A DNA stretch of 64,000 nucleotides from Bdellovibrionales bacterium (GTDB lineage: Bacteria > Bdellovibrionota > Bdellovibrionia > Bdellovibrionales > UBA1609). Positions 20,160-30,121 of the stretch are shown in pieces. The notes under the pieces were generated by a model. It was not told where the DNA came from. It saw nothing but the letters and a program-made list of their open reading frames with translations, and made no database searches. Every line of letters starts with the position of its first letter. Positions within the stretch are counted from its first letter, which is position 1. A program made the translations under genes and the position numbers. The DNA is taken from assembly GCA_027317865.1 (NCBI GenBank), contig DAHVQG010000004.1:32001-96000 (forward strand). The letters run 5' to 3'.

Positions 20160-21116
20160 ATGACTGCGGCAAAAAAGGTCAAAGTTCGAAGCAGCGAAAA
20201 AATTCGAGTGCTGATTGCAGATAACGACGGGCTTTCAGCGCGCCGGATGTTTGAATTTCTTGTTCAAAATGGCTTTGAATGCCGCCTGACCTCCACCGGT
20301 ACGGAAACGAAAAAGCTTTTGACGGCGTGGCGCCCACGCATTCTGCTGATCGATTTGCTGCTCCCCGAGGCCAATGCGTTTGAAATACTCAAATTTGTCG
20401 GCGGTGAACCCTCATTGCGCGAACATCACGTCGCGGTCATGGTGATGTCGGGCCATAATACGCCACAAAACGTTCACGAAGCTTACGAGCGTGGCGCGCG
20501 AGACTATTTAGTCCGCCCCATAATGTTCAAAGATCTACTTGCTCGCATTGTGTTTCATTGCCGCAAACCACGCGAAGTTGACGGTCATGGTCACGAAAAA
20601 GACGCTATGCACCTGGCAAACCTCGTGGCTGCGCAGGCCCTTCAGTCGCTCCCGCTGGCCGAAAATTTATTTACCCTGACCAAAATGGCCGCAATGAAAG
20701 TAGGTGGACTTCGTTGCTCCATTGTTCAACAGCTCACACACGAAAAAGGAATCGTGCTCGCCTCAAACGACAAAAAAGACATTGCCGGGTTGCCGCTTGA
20801 CCTCAATAAATATCCTGAAATTCAGCTTGTCGTGAATACAGCCAAAACTGTCGTCATCGATAATTTGTCAGAAAGCCGCGCCCTAAGCAGTATTCGTGCG
20901 CATTTTAAAGAAATTGATTTCAATTCAATGGTGGTTTGCCCATTGTATTACCGGCAAAAGCCATTTGGGGTTCTCTCAACCCGAATGCCGTCAAATTGCA
21001 CAAAAATACTCGACCCGGACGTCATTTTTCTCGAATTTGTCGCTAAAGTTTTAAGCTTGTATTTGACGTCGCAGGAGCCCAAAATCCTCGGCCAATACGG
21101 CCTTGTGACAGCTTAA
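20160..21116 (+). CDS. Response regulator with REC and GAF domains
   Basis: RVLIADND...LLIDLLLP...MSG...GARDYLVRP receiver domain; C-terminal GAF (SMVVCPLY...FGVL); ATG at 20160. Confidence 0.8.
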   Translation: MTAAKKVKVRSSEKIRVLIADNDGLSARRMFEFLVQNGFECRLTSTGTETKKLLTAWRPRILLIDLLLPEANAFEILKFVGGEPSLREHHVAVMVMSGHNTPQNVHEAYERGARDYLVRPIMFKDLLARIVFHCRKPREVDGHGHEKDAMHLANLVAAQALQSLPLAENLFTLTKMAAMKVGGLRCSIVQQLTHEKGIVLASNDKKDIAGLPLDLNKYPEIQLVVNTAKTVVIDNLSESRALSSIRAHFKEIDFNSMVVCPLYYRQKPFGVLSTRMPSNCTKILDPDVIFLEFVAKVLSLYLTSQEPKILGQYGLVTA

Positions 21117-21215
21117 CCCATACGATAATATTTGCCCGAATTTTTTTCTGGACGACATGCGTAAACTCCCATATAAAATCTGGACTTATACCCGCGCAAA
21201 TTTTACGAGGACGCA

Positions 21216-21563
21216 ATGCTTTTATTTCTCTCAGTTATCCAAATTTTAGTCGCGATTTTTTTGGTCGCTATTGTTTTGCTTCAAGATGCTAAAGGCGGTG
21301 GAGCTTTCGGCATGGGTGGCGGCGGCGGTTCCAATCAAATCTTAAGCTCTACAGGAACGGCCAGTTTTCTCACTAATTTGACCTGGGGATTGGCCATTGT
21401 GTTTGCAGCAACTTCGATCGGTTTGACTTACTTGACCACGTCACATTCAGGCAGCGTAACGGACAACTACGTTGCGCCTTCGTCGGCATCTCATTCTGTG
21501 GGACCTACGAAATCCAGCGCGGCTCAACCAAGTGCACCGAAACCGAAGGGGCCCAAAAAATAA
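21216..21563 (+). CDS. secG: Preprotein translocase subunit SecG
   Basis: Two TMs with IVLLQDAKGGGAFG...FLTNLTWGLAIVF pattern. Confidence 0.9.
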   Translation: MLLFLSVIQILVAIFLVAIVLLQDAKGGGAFGMGGGGGSNQILSSTGTASFLTNLTWGLAIVFAATSIGLTYLTTSHSGSVTDNYVAPSSASHSVGPTKSSAAQPSAPKPKGPKK

Positions 21564-22489
21564 TGGGGTTGGAGCGGACGTCAGCTGCCATCACATTGAT
21601 TTCAGCAACTCTCGCCGGAATTTTCATTTATTATTCACACCCCATTTCCCAACAGCTAGTCCAATGGATGAACCATTCGGCCGCGGCCGACTCAAATCGC
21701 ATTGTTCTTGCTACAGTTGAAGGCACAACCGGTGTCGTAAATTTGCAGCGTTTAGGTGAAGAATCTGGCGAAACCCAACCGGTTTTCAAAAATGAACGCC
21801 TCTACAATCTTGACCAGCTGATCGTTGGGCCCGGTGGTGACGCTATTTTAGCGTTTTCATCCGGTTATCGATTAAATCTTATTTCAAACACCGACGCGAT
21901 CATTCAATCTTATCGGCCCAAAGAAGCCACCGCACCTGTATTATTGACCCTTGTTAGCGGCAATTATCAGATGAGTTCTACTTCAATTGGACAAAAAGGT
22001 GATCTTTATATCGCGATGAACGGCCAAATTTTTGCACCCGAAAACCGACCAGCTGCCGTCGACAATCAAATTCAACTTAATCAAACCCAGCACGTCGATG
22101 CCGTTTTGGCGACCCTCAAAGAAACATCGGCGAAATTTGCGCCGAAACCGCAGCATTTAAACAACCAACCCATCGCTGCCGACACGGTCGACATCAACGG
22201 TCAAGAAACACTGACCGATAGCTATATTTCGCGCACCATGCAGGAGCAATCTTCGGCCTTCAGAGACTGCCAGCTTAACAGTTTGCGCGACGATCTCACT
22301 GCTGACGGCTCCCTTCTTTTTTCTATTACAATCAATCCGCTGGGCACCATCGACCATATCGGGGTCTTAGAAGACGATATCCACAATAAAGAACTTTTAG
22401 ATTGCACACGCTCGGTGATTGAACGCATTCAGTTTAGACATTTCGATGGCAAATCCATGACGATCAATTACCCAATTGATTATCGATAA
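21563..22489 (+). CDS. Membrane-anchored protein with FecR-like N-domain and AgmX/PglI (TonB-C-like) C-domain
   Basis: N-terminal TM; C-terminus FRDC...G.L.FSITINPLG...LLDCT..VI.RI.F...INYPI. Confidence 0.65.
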   Translation: MGLERTSAAITLISATLAGIFIYYSHPISQQLVQWMNHSAAADSNRIVLATVEGTTGVVNLQRLGEESGETQPVFKNERLYNLDQLIVGPGGDAILAFSSGYRLNLISNTDAIIQSYRPKEATAPVLLTLVSGNYQMSSTSIGQKGDLYIAMNGQIFAPENRPAAVDNQIQLNQTQHVDAVLATLKETSAKFAPKPQHLNNQPIAADTVDINGQETLTDSYISRTMQEQSSAFRDCQLNSLRDDLTADGSLLFSITINPLGTIDHIGVLEDDIHNKELLDCTRSVIERIQFRHFDGKSMTINYPIDYR

Positions 22490-22503
22490 ATCCGACCGCC
22501 GAA

Positions 22504-23694
22504 TTAATTTCGAATTTGGGCGTTAAATTTGCGCGTCAGACTATGGTTAAATAGTGGTGCCACGAGTTCGTTGCTCTTTGGCAGGCTGTTCATGGCATTG
22601 AGCCAAACTTCGGGTGTCTCCATACAAAGAAAAATCGGCCATTCACGCGAATTTTGACGAAATTCATTCACGACAAAATGAAGCATCTCTTCGCGTAGCC
22701 GCTGATCATAACGAAGTTTGCCGTCCGAGCTCGAAAACATTTCGGCCCCCACAACCCATGACGTCGGTTGACGTTCTTGCTGATGTTCTGGACCCCACTC
22801 TTGCCCATCGCCGCGCGATTTCCCAAACCGCTCGCGCATCATGTGCCGCTGTTCAGGTTGAAAGCGAAGGGCTCCGACCGAAATGACATTGATATCTTGC
22901 GGGGCAAATGTCGTGCAGACTTGGCGCACCAAGCTGCGATACGAATCTTGCCAACCCATATGCCAAATCATTGGATCGATATGAAAGGCCACTTGAAACT
23001 TTTTATCTCGGGCTATTCGCGCAGCTCTTAGCCGACTTTCAAGTGAAGCCGTTCCGTATTCTTCATGTTCTATGACATTTTGAGGATTGATTGAAAAACT
23101 CACGACGACGTTGCCGGCATGCTCAACGTTTAAAAACTGCTCAACTTGACTCGACTTGGTTTTGAACTCAAGCCGCCAATTCGGATAGTTTCGAAAATAT
23201 TCAATGAGGCGTCGCGAGTACAACGTAAGAGGATCGAAACTGAGCGAATCTGTTGTTTCACCCGTACCGACGCGAAGAGATTCGTTACCAAGGTCTTTGC
23301 CCAATGCCGAAAGCTCATCTAGCGCCGTTTCGATATTGGCATAGATTTTCATCACCGGAGAATTGACGAAACTTTGCAAATAACAGTAGGAGCAATTCAT
23401 GTTACACTGCGAACCCAAATTCAACACAAAATAATTGCAACACGTAAGCCCCGGTCGAGCCCCCGGGCAACGTTTAAAAAAACGACCTTTAAATTCAGTG
23501 ATAAAAAGTAACCTTTTACTCGCCTCAAAATCGGGCGCAGAGAGTTCACCTTTTTTCTCTGTCAGCGGCTCATCGTCAACCCACGTGATTCGCTTGCGCG
23601 AAAAGAGTTCACGAGCCCGCATGGCAATTTGAGATTGCTCCAACTTGCGATCAATAAAAACCCGTTCAATCCGGTCTAGCCCCCATTCAGACAT
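22504..23694 (-). CDS. Spore photoproduct lyase-like radical SAM protein
   Basis: CPGA...CCNY, CNMNCSYCYLQ, GTGETTDSL, EFKTKS, FHIDPM, FLCME. Confidence 0.85.
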   Translation of the reverse strand: MSEWGLDRIERVFIDRKLEQSQIAMRARELFSRKRITWVDDEPLTEKKGELSAPDFEASKRLLFITEFKGRFFKRCPGARPGLTCCNYFVLNLGSQCNMNCSYCYLQSFVNSPVMKIYANIETALDELSALGKDLGNESLRVGTGETTDSLSFDPLTLYSRRLIEYFRNYPNWRLEFKTKSSQVEQFLNVEHAGNVVVSFSINPQNVIEHEEYGTASLESRLRAARIARDKKFQVAFHIDPMIWHMGWQDSYRSLVRQVCTTFAPQDINVISVGALRFQPEQRHMMRERFGKSRGDGQEWGPEHQQERQPTSWVVGAEMFSSSDGKLRYDQRLREEMLHFVVNEFRQNSREWPIFLCMETPEVWLNAMNSLPKSNELVAPLFNHSLTRKFNAQIRN

Positions 23695-24550
23695 CGGATT
23701 TTCTCTGAAGCTCGTTTGATCGCTGATGCCACTGTGTTGCGACGTTTTCAAGCGCCGCAATTTGTTTAGTCAAATCGTCGGCCGAATGCGCAAATAATTT
23801 AATTTCGACTCCGTCGGCATCACCGCGCCGAACCCAGTTGGCTTTCGTCTTTGTCGGCCAAGGCAATTTGGCTACTTGAAGTTCGTTTGACTCTTCTCGC
23901 TCAATAGTCTGTTGAAATCTCACTTGGCGAATATGTTCGCGAAATTGTACAAAGTTAGGAGCTTTTAAGATTTCGGGCCAGCGAAGGGCCATACTTTCTC
24001 GCCTAACATCATCGAGCATTATATCTACGAGCCACTCCAATGCCAGTATGCCGTCCGATCTTGACGGCTCAAACGCGACTGCTTTGAGCGCCAATTCGAA
24101 ATAACGGACCAGAAGATTTTCAGGCAACGCTTTTAAAGGGGCAAGATCGCGTGGCGAAACATCGCGAAGTTGCCACCACTCTTGCAGCTTGTCTGGTGCC
24201 TGAGACATTATTTGAAATAAACGCGGCCAATCGGAATTTGCATGATACCCCAAACGCGAACAAAAAATTTTCCACTCGATCACCAAATGCAATTTCTCGA
24301 TCTCATTAGATAACCGCGACAGTTCAACAAATGTCAGCTTCGGATATAAACTTGATAGCGCTTCTTCAAGCGAGAATTCATTTGGCGAAATAAAAATACA
24401 TGGCGCTTCACTGCTTAGCTCGACCTCGGCGCGATTAAAACCAGCTATTAAAATTTCATTCCATGCAACGGCTGGCAATACGGACGGCCAAATTGCGCTC
24501 GGCCTAAAATTTAAGTACCTTGTGCATTGCGAAACGGCGCCGATTTTCAT
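23687..24550 (-). CDS. Hypothetical protein, possibly degenerate ParB-like
   Basis: Real start likely ATG 24550 (the longer ORF overlaps the divergent gene); LPAV...LIAGFNR resembles ParB-N box; overlaps the SplB-like gene start. Confidence 0.5.
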   Translation of the reverse strand: MKIGAVSQCTRYLNFRPSAIWPSVLPAVAWNEILIAGFNRAEVELSSEAPCIFISPNEFSLEEALSSLYPKLTFVELSRLSNEIEKLHLVIEWKIFCSRLGYHANSDWPRLFQIMSQAPDKLQEWWQLRDVSPRDLAPLKALPENLLVRYFELALKAVAFEPSRSDGILALEWLVDIMLDDVRRESMALRWPEILKAPNFVQFREHIRQVRFQQTIEREESNELQVAKLPWPTKTKANWVRRGDADGVEIKLFAHSADDLTKQIAALENVATQWHQRSNELQRKSDV

Positions 24551-24595
24551 GACAGGACGGATACACGACCGGCATTCTAAAGTCGAGGAGTTGAT

Positions 24596-25672
24596 ATGGC
24601 CGAATGGAAAAAACACGCGAAAATCAACGATGACGTGGTTTATTTTCCGTTCGTTACCGATGATGCCACCGCACTCGCCCGCGAAGTATACGTCTGGGAC
24701 GTCGACAAAACTTATCTCGATACAAAACTCGAAACAGTTAAAGGGCTCATTCGTACGGCAACCGAAAAGCCGGCTCAGAAAAAAAATATTCCCGGTTCTG
24801 CCGAATTGGTGCGATGTCTGAACGATGCATGGACAAAACGTAGCGGCAGCCCGTCGTTTCCGATTTATTTTATCACGGCTTCGCCGCCGCAGATGGAACG
24901 TCGAATTCGCGGCAAGCTCGAACTCGACGGCGTCAAGCCATACGGTATTTTTTGTAAGGACAATTTGCCGAATTTGCGTCCGCGACGATTTTGGCGGCTC
25001 AACAAACAAGTGGGCTATAAACTTCAATCGCTTATGCAAATGCGGTCTCAACTTCACAAGGATGTTCGCCTTGTGATGTTCGGTGATGACGGCGAATACG
25101 ACGCGGTCATTTATTCCATTTTTTCAGATATTTGCGCTCGTCGCCTCGATACTTCGGAACTTCGACAAATTCTCAACGCGCTTTATGTTCTCGACGCCCA
25201 AGTCGACACTATTTTCCATTTACAAGATAAAGTTCCGACACAAGATCCGGTCGATAAAATATATATTAATCTCGCCGACGACACCGATTCGGATTACTAT
25301 TTGAAATTTGGACGGCGTACACTGCCGACAAGCAACACCTTTCAGTCGGCACTTGATTTGTTTCAGGATGACCGCATTGACGCCGATCACGTCGCCCGCA
25401 TCGCCGAAAATTTGATAAATGAATTCGATTTTACAGTGGACGAACTTGACCGCAGCCTTGACGAACTCATTCGCCGCGAAAAGTTAGGCGAACCTGCAGT
25501 TGCGGCAATTGTCCCGGTCTTGATGGAGCGTCACCTGCTCTCGCCTGATTTTCAACCTTCAGTTAAGCCAAGGCCTATTGAAGAAACACGTGGTGGGGTC
25601 GTCGTCAAACTCGGCGGCAATTTTGATCCGTGGATTCCCGACCGTATCGATTATTTGCACGACTACCGCTAA
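24596..25672 (+). CDS. HAD-superfamily phosphatase (App1/LNS2-like)
   Basis: WDVDKT (DxDxT), FITASP, YK, FGDDGEYD motifs. Confidence 0.75.
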   Translation: MAEWKKHAKINDDVVYFPFVTDDATALAREVYVWDVDKTYLDTKLETVKGLIRTATEKPAQKKNIPGSAELVRCLNDAWTKRSGSPSFPIYFITASPPQMERRIRGKLELDGVKPYGIFCKDNLPNLRPRRFWRLNKQVGYKLQSLMQMRSQLHKDVRLVMFGDDGEYDAVIYSIFSDICARRLDTSELRQILNALYVLDAQVDTIFHLQDKVPTQDPVDKIYINLADDTDSDYYLKFGRRTLPTSNTFQSALDLFQDDRIDADHVARIAENLINEFDFTVDELDRSLDELIRREKLGEPAVAAIVPVLMERHLLSPDFQPSVKPRPIEETRGGVVVKLGGNFDPWIPDRIDYLHDYR

Positions 25673-25696
25673 CCTGCACGGGACGACATTGCGTGC

Positions 25697-26689
25697 CTAA
25701 AACGCAATCAACAACACAAAGGCGAGGTTACCGATAAATGCCAATGACGTAATGAGCGGCTGACGCCGCTTTTGCGCTTCTGTCGGCTCGTTGTCATTGA
25801 GTTGATAAAGTTCAACCGCCAAATTTTTCGTAAGATCAGGTTGCAGCCCGTACGCCTTTTGCAACCGTTCAAATTCCGCCGGCACACGCACCAGCGCTCC
25901 TTCTTTGATTTTCGCCCCGGTTTGGCGCCGGTCGATTTGAATCGTAATGACCTGCTTGTCGACTTTTGTGACGACACCCTCGGCGTATACTTGAATGTTA
26001 AGTCCGGATTGAAAAACCGGCTTTAAACCAATCGCTCCCACGCGAATGAGTTGCACGTCGTCACCTTTAGAGATTTGCGAGTTTGCGCCAATCCGCGCCT
26101 TTGCCATGAGGTTGTCGTTTTCAACGTACGTGGCATGGCCGATAAGCGGGTCAACAATGACGTAGCCCTGATACGGTATCGACGCGATAAATTGATATAA
26201 CAATTTATCGGCCGCTGACCCGAATTGCCGGGACATCGGCAATGCGGGCGATAGCGCAATTTTGCCACTCCACAAAGTCAGTCCATTCGTTGTTTCATAA
26301 ACCCGCATGTTGAGGACATGTTCTTTGAGAAAAACGGTAACCAGCGCATCCGCCTCAAGCAGCCGTCCCAGAATGATCGCGTCCGCCGGCAGCAACTTGC
26401 CGCGCGGCTGAAACACTTCTTTGGCCTTCATAAAATCACGGCTTGCAACCAAAAAACGTTTCGTCTCGGTCAGTTTCTCGCGTACCGACCACCACGAATT
26501 AACAGCCGCATTCTGCAAATCCTTATCTTTACTTTCAGTTTCGGCCTCAAAGGGGAAAACAACAATCCGACTAATGTGTTCGTGTTCAAAAGTGGCAAAA
26601 GCGCTCGTCGACGAAAACAAAAATAGGGGCAAAATGAAAAATGCGGCAAAGACAAAGCTTTTGAGCCGGTTTGAAAGAGCGATAGCCAT
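25697..26689 (-). CDS. Exported hypothetical protein with C-terminal TM (TolB-N/CsgG-like N-domain)
   Basis: Signal peptide ...SAFA, IVVFPF, GRLLEADAL, C-terminal hydrophobic anchor. Confidence 0.55.
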   Translation of the reverse strand: MAIALSNRLKSFVFAAFFILPLFLFSSTSAFATFEHEHISRIVVFPFEAETESKDKDLQNAAVNSWWSVREKLTETKRFLVASRDFMKAKEVFQPRGKLLPADAIILGRLLEADALVTVFLKEHVLNMRVYETTNGLTLWSGKIALSPALPMSRQFGSAADKLLYQFIASIPYQGYVIVDPLIGHATYVENDNLMAKARIGANSQISKGDDVQLIRVGAIGLKPVFQSGLNIQVYAEGVVTKVDKQVITIQIDRRQTGAKIKEGALVRVPAEFERLQKAYGLQPDLTKNLAVELYQLNDNEPTEAQKRRQPLITSLAFIGNLAFVLLIAF

Positions 26690-26700
26690 CTTACTTGACG

Positions 26701-27603
26701 TTACCAGACGATATTTTCTTTGGGAATCTCTATCCAGCCCGCTCCAGACGGAAAGTCACGTGGCCGCTTCTCGCATTGGCCCCTAAATTTCAACACACCC
26801 GTTAACGCGCAAATAAAAGCGTCAAACGCATTTGGATTTTCGACCATTAGACGTACGTCTTGCTCATACAAAAATGCGATTTCACGGCGAACCATTTCTT
26901 TGAGAATCGCCATTCTCGCGTCGCTTCCGCCGATTTGATGTTTATGAAAACGTAGATAAGATTTTTGAATGTGCAACGCGTGTCCAATTCTCCACAAGCT
27001 GAGCTGCGGCTGCACTTCGATCGCTTTGAGCTTGAGCCGGCGGCGAATGAAAAATGCGCGAGCCAAAAGCGGGGCCATATTCGCGCCGAAGCTGTGCTGA
27101 ATTTGAAAATCGGCATTACGAAGATCCTCAAATTGATCGGAAACAAACCGCTCCACACAACGTTCGGTGTAAGGAGTAAATAGTTTATGTTTGCGATTTT
27201 TCGCTTCGTGTTTACGGTAATGTTGCCAAAGCCAAAGTATTTCGTCTTCTTGGCAAGCTTCGTATCCCGGGCATTTCAACCGGCAACGCAAGCATTTCGG
27301 GAGTGTTAATGGCACGTTAAACCCGATCACTTCGGTTTTCACACGGCTACGTGAAATCATTTCGTGCAAAACTAAATCAGCCGATAAGTCGCCCTCGCTC
27401 TTAATGCGATCGGCGATATCGCTTAAAAAAATCTTTTTGTGCTCCGGGTAATATTCGACATGCGCCAGACACGTACGATCGGATTTGCCTCCCGAAAGCG
27501 AAACGCCGATAAAACCGTGACGCTTAAGAGATCGCTCTAACCAAGCGCCGGTTGTGGGTTTGCTGGCCGGATGTTTATCGGTTGAAATCCGTTTTTTCGA
27601 CAT
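26701..27603 (-). CDS. DUF429-like RNase H-fold protein with Cys cluster
   Basis: FIGVSLSGG, NVPL, CLRCRLKCPGYEAC, IEVQP, FDAFICAL, GWIEIP. Confidence 0.65.
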   Translation of the reverse strand: MSKKRISTDKHPASKPTTGAWLERSLKRHGFIGVSLSGGKSDRTCLAHVEYYPEHKKIFLSDIADRIKSEGDLSADLVLHEMISRSRVKTEVIGFNVPLTLPKCLRCRLKCPGYEACQEDEILWLWQHYRKHEAKNRKHKLFTPYTERCVERFVSDQFEDLRNADFQIQHSFGANMAPLLARAFFIRRRLKLKAIEVQPQLSLWRIGHALHIQKSYLRFHKHQIGGSDARMAILKEMVRREIAFLYEQDVRLMVENPNAFDAFICALTGVLKFRGQCEKRPRDFPSGAGWIEIPKENIVW

Positions 27604-28610
27604 TCTTGGCGGATCCTCTCATGTTGCGACCGCTCCGCCCAAACTAACACGCATCCCCCACCGCCGGCGCCACAAATCTTAATGGCTTGCGCGCCGTGTT
27701 CAACCGTCAGCCTTTTTAACTGTTCAATCTCAGGACTGGTAAACGAAGCCGTGAGTCGAATTCGAGCTTCGAGCTCCTGCTGAAATAAATCCGGCATTAG
27801 ATTCCACTTTTGCTCGCGACAGGCATTGGCGACACGGTCCGAAACCTTCGCTATGTCTTTAAGCGCTGCAAGCGTTTTCGCATCACCGTCAATTACCGAT
27901 TTGATGACTTCCCAATTGTTGATTCCCGAATGATGGGCTCTCCCCGTATAAACAAGTATAAGATGGTCAAAAATTGGTTCAACCGGTATTGGTAGCTGTT
28001 CAAGGCGTACCCCGGCGGCACTGTAGTGAATTAAATTAAACCCCGATTGTATAGCCGGAAAGTAATCTTGTGTTCCGGTCGGCGTTCGAATAACTTTTGC
28101 CTCAAGATTAGACGCGAGGGTCACCATTTCATAAAGCGAAAGTTTAATGTCAAGCCATGAACAAAAAGCTTTTATCAAGCTAATACACAAACTGCTGGAC
28201 CCACCAAGCCCGCCGCCTACCGGACTCTGCGAATACGTTTTTATACGAAAACCGCTCGTGCTCTTGCTGTTCGAATAAAAATATTCGGAAATGGTCTGAA
28301 CGAGCTTTAATTCCGGGTCGTTCGCTGAAAAAAGCGCTCTTGCGTTTTCAAACGATCGACGAAAATTTAAATCGGTCATTTCGATTTCAACCGTGGGTTT
28401 GGCCAATGGTTCAAGTTCGCAGCCGGTGGTGACATCGATGGCTAGGTTGACCGTCACGCAGTCGCCAACAAAAAGATACAATGGCCAACAATCGAGCGTA
28501 CCGCCGGCAAGATCCACGCGCGTCGGCGATTGAATAGCCAAAATACGGCGCTGATCTGCCACTCGCTTTTGACCGGGCTTCTGCAATTGCGCGGGAGCGC
28601 CGGGTTTCAT
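27537..28610 (-). CDS. GHMP kinase (HddA/sugar kinase-like)
   Basis: PTRVDLAGGTLD, PVGGGLGGSS, GTQD, KICGAGGGG. Confidence 0.88.
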   Translation of the reverse strand: MKPGAPAQLQKPGQKRVADQRRILAIQSPTRVDLAGGTLDCWPLYLFVGDCVTVNLAIDVTTGCELEPLAKPTVEIEMTDLNFRRSFENARALFSANDPELKLVQTISEYFYSNSKSTSGFRIKTYSQSPVGGGLGGSSSLCISLIKAFCSWLDIKLSLYEMVTLASNLEAKVIRTPTGTQDYFPAIQSGFNLIHYSAAGVRLEQLPIPVEPIFDHLILVYTGRAHHSGINNWEVIKSVIDGDAKTLAALKDIAKVSDRVANACREQKWNLMPDLFQQELEARIRLTASFTSPEIEQLKRLTVEHGAQAIKICGAGGGGCVLVWAERSQHERIRQECRKNGFQPINIRPANPQPALG

Positions 28611-30121
28611 TTTCTGCCTTTGACGATTTTGGTCTCGTGTACAACTCCAATTGCGGTTTTCGAACCTGCCGGCGAAGATGCCGGCTTTTTTGGAGTTAAG
28701 AAATTCGGAACATTTTCAACCATATTTTTGTTTACCAAATCGTCCAATGTCGCTTGTGTTACAGCAAAATATTCATTCGAAGCGCTACTCTTACACGCAT
28801 AGTACTCAATTTTTGCGGTTTTGTTCAACTTATCGGTCACACTCCCGCCGAATTGCAGTCGATAAATCACCTTTCCGCTTTTATTTTTTATCACAACTTC
28901 GTTTTCTTTGAGCGCCTCCGGAACATTATATTTCAAAAATTTCGCCGCTCTCAATCCTCGTAGATAAGCTAAAAAGTCGCGCACCCCGACCTGGTTGACT
29001 TCCTTTTTAGGATTAGGCGTGTGAAGTTGCCAATTGCCGTTTACCTTATCCAGCGCGATGTATACCGGTTTAACCGGTTTTGCGCCTTTATGCCCGGTCG
29101 CCGCATCCGTAACGCGTTTGTATATCAAATGTGCCGCTTGAGTTTCATTAAATGCAAAAACATATTTCAGGTCCCGCAAATCATCGATGCTTTTAAGTAG
29201 CGGTTTCGCCTTACTTGAATCCATTTCGTAAATGGCCGGATTATCCGAAGCGTACCAATGAAGTTCGCTGTTCTTTGGTCCGCTGATTTCAATTTTGTGA
29301 AACGATTTGGGAGGGTTATTGTATGCCACCTCGAGCTCGATCTCCGGACTTATTAAACCATATTTTTGCAAATCGGACCGCGTCTTTGTATCAGACGCAA
29401 CTGTATCGGCCACGATATCGCGAATGGCGTTTATCCAAACATTGACCTTGTTTTTCGAAAGTCGAACTTCAGGTAACGCTGGGTCCACCCACTCACCCTT
29501 TTTTTCAACTATTGTAAAGTCGAGCCGTTTGCCTTTGAAAAAAGAACGAATTTTTACGAAGTGTAAATTGGCTCCTGACAATTCCGGTTTCATAAAACGA
29601 AAATCGTCGGCTCTTTTTTGAAGAATCGTATCCCAACCGCGATACCCCACCAAAAGTGCCGGTTCGTCGTCGCGGCGCAAGTAATAGCCATCGTCGTAAG
29701 TTCGCACGCGTCCGATTTTTAACGATTGCGTCTTACCGTCCGCAAAATGAAATTTAAACGTATATTCTGGAGTGACTAAACCAAATTTCGACCAATCCAC
29801 CGGCGTTTTACCTTTTTCGGCTATCGCAAACGGCTGGCTAAAAATACTTGAAAGAGTGGATTGCACGGCACTCTCATTGGCAAGATCCGAGAAAGGCGCG
29901 ACGACGTGCCATTTTGCACCCACCTTTTTTAATTTATACGAGTCTTTTGAACTCCGCATGTCGAATTCAACGACGTTATTCGACGCGAGGGAGTGAAAAA
30001 GCTTTGCGTTAGCCGTTTTTTCTTTCGCTTCGTGTTTACTGTGTTTATATTGCCACAGAGCCAGTCCCACAACGGCAGCGACAAAAACCGCAAAAATTAA
30101 GGTGCCGCGAAAGCCCTTCAT
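28607..30121 (-). CDS. DUF4340 domain protein
   Basis: N-terminal TM, repeated W....P and (F/Y)GL..P units; follows the GldG-like gene. Confidence 0.75.
   Translation of the reverse strand: MKGFRGTLIFAVFVAAVVGLALWQYKHSKHEAKEKTANAKLFHSLASNNVVEFDMRSSKDSYKLKKVGAKWHVVAPFSDLANESAVQSTLSSIFSQPFAIAEKGKTPVDWSKFGLVTPEYTFKFHFADGKTQSLKIGRVRTYDDGYYLRRDDEPALLVGYRGWDTILQKRADDFRFMKPELSGANLHFVKIRSFFKGKRLDFTIVEKKGEWVDPALPEVRLSKNKVNVWINAIRDIVADTVASDTKTRSDLQKYGLISPEIELEVAYNNPPKSFHKIEISGPKNSELHWYASDNPAIYEMDSSKAKPLLKSIDDLRDLKYVFAFNETQAAHLIYKRVTDAATGHKGAKPVKPVYIALDKVNGNWQLHTPNPKKEVNQVGVRDFLAYLRGLRAAKFLKYNVPEALKENEVVIKNKSGKVIYRLQFGGSVTDKLNKTAKIEYYACKSSASNEYFAVTQATLDDLVNKNMVENVPNFLTPKKPASSPAGSKTAIGVVHETKIVKGRK

Noticed and set aside
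24551-25057. Long N-terminal extension of ORF 23687..25057
   Set aside because: Antisense shadow of the HAD phosphatase gene; a plausible ATG lies at 24550.
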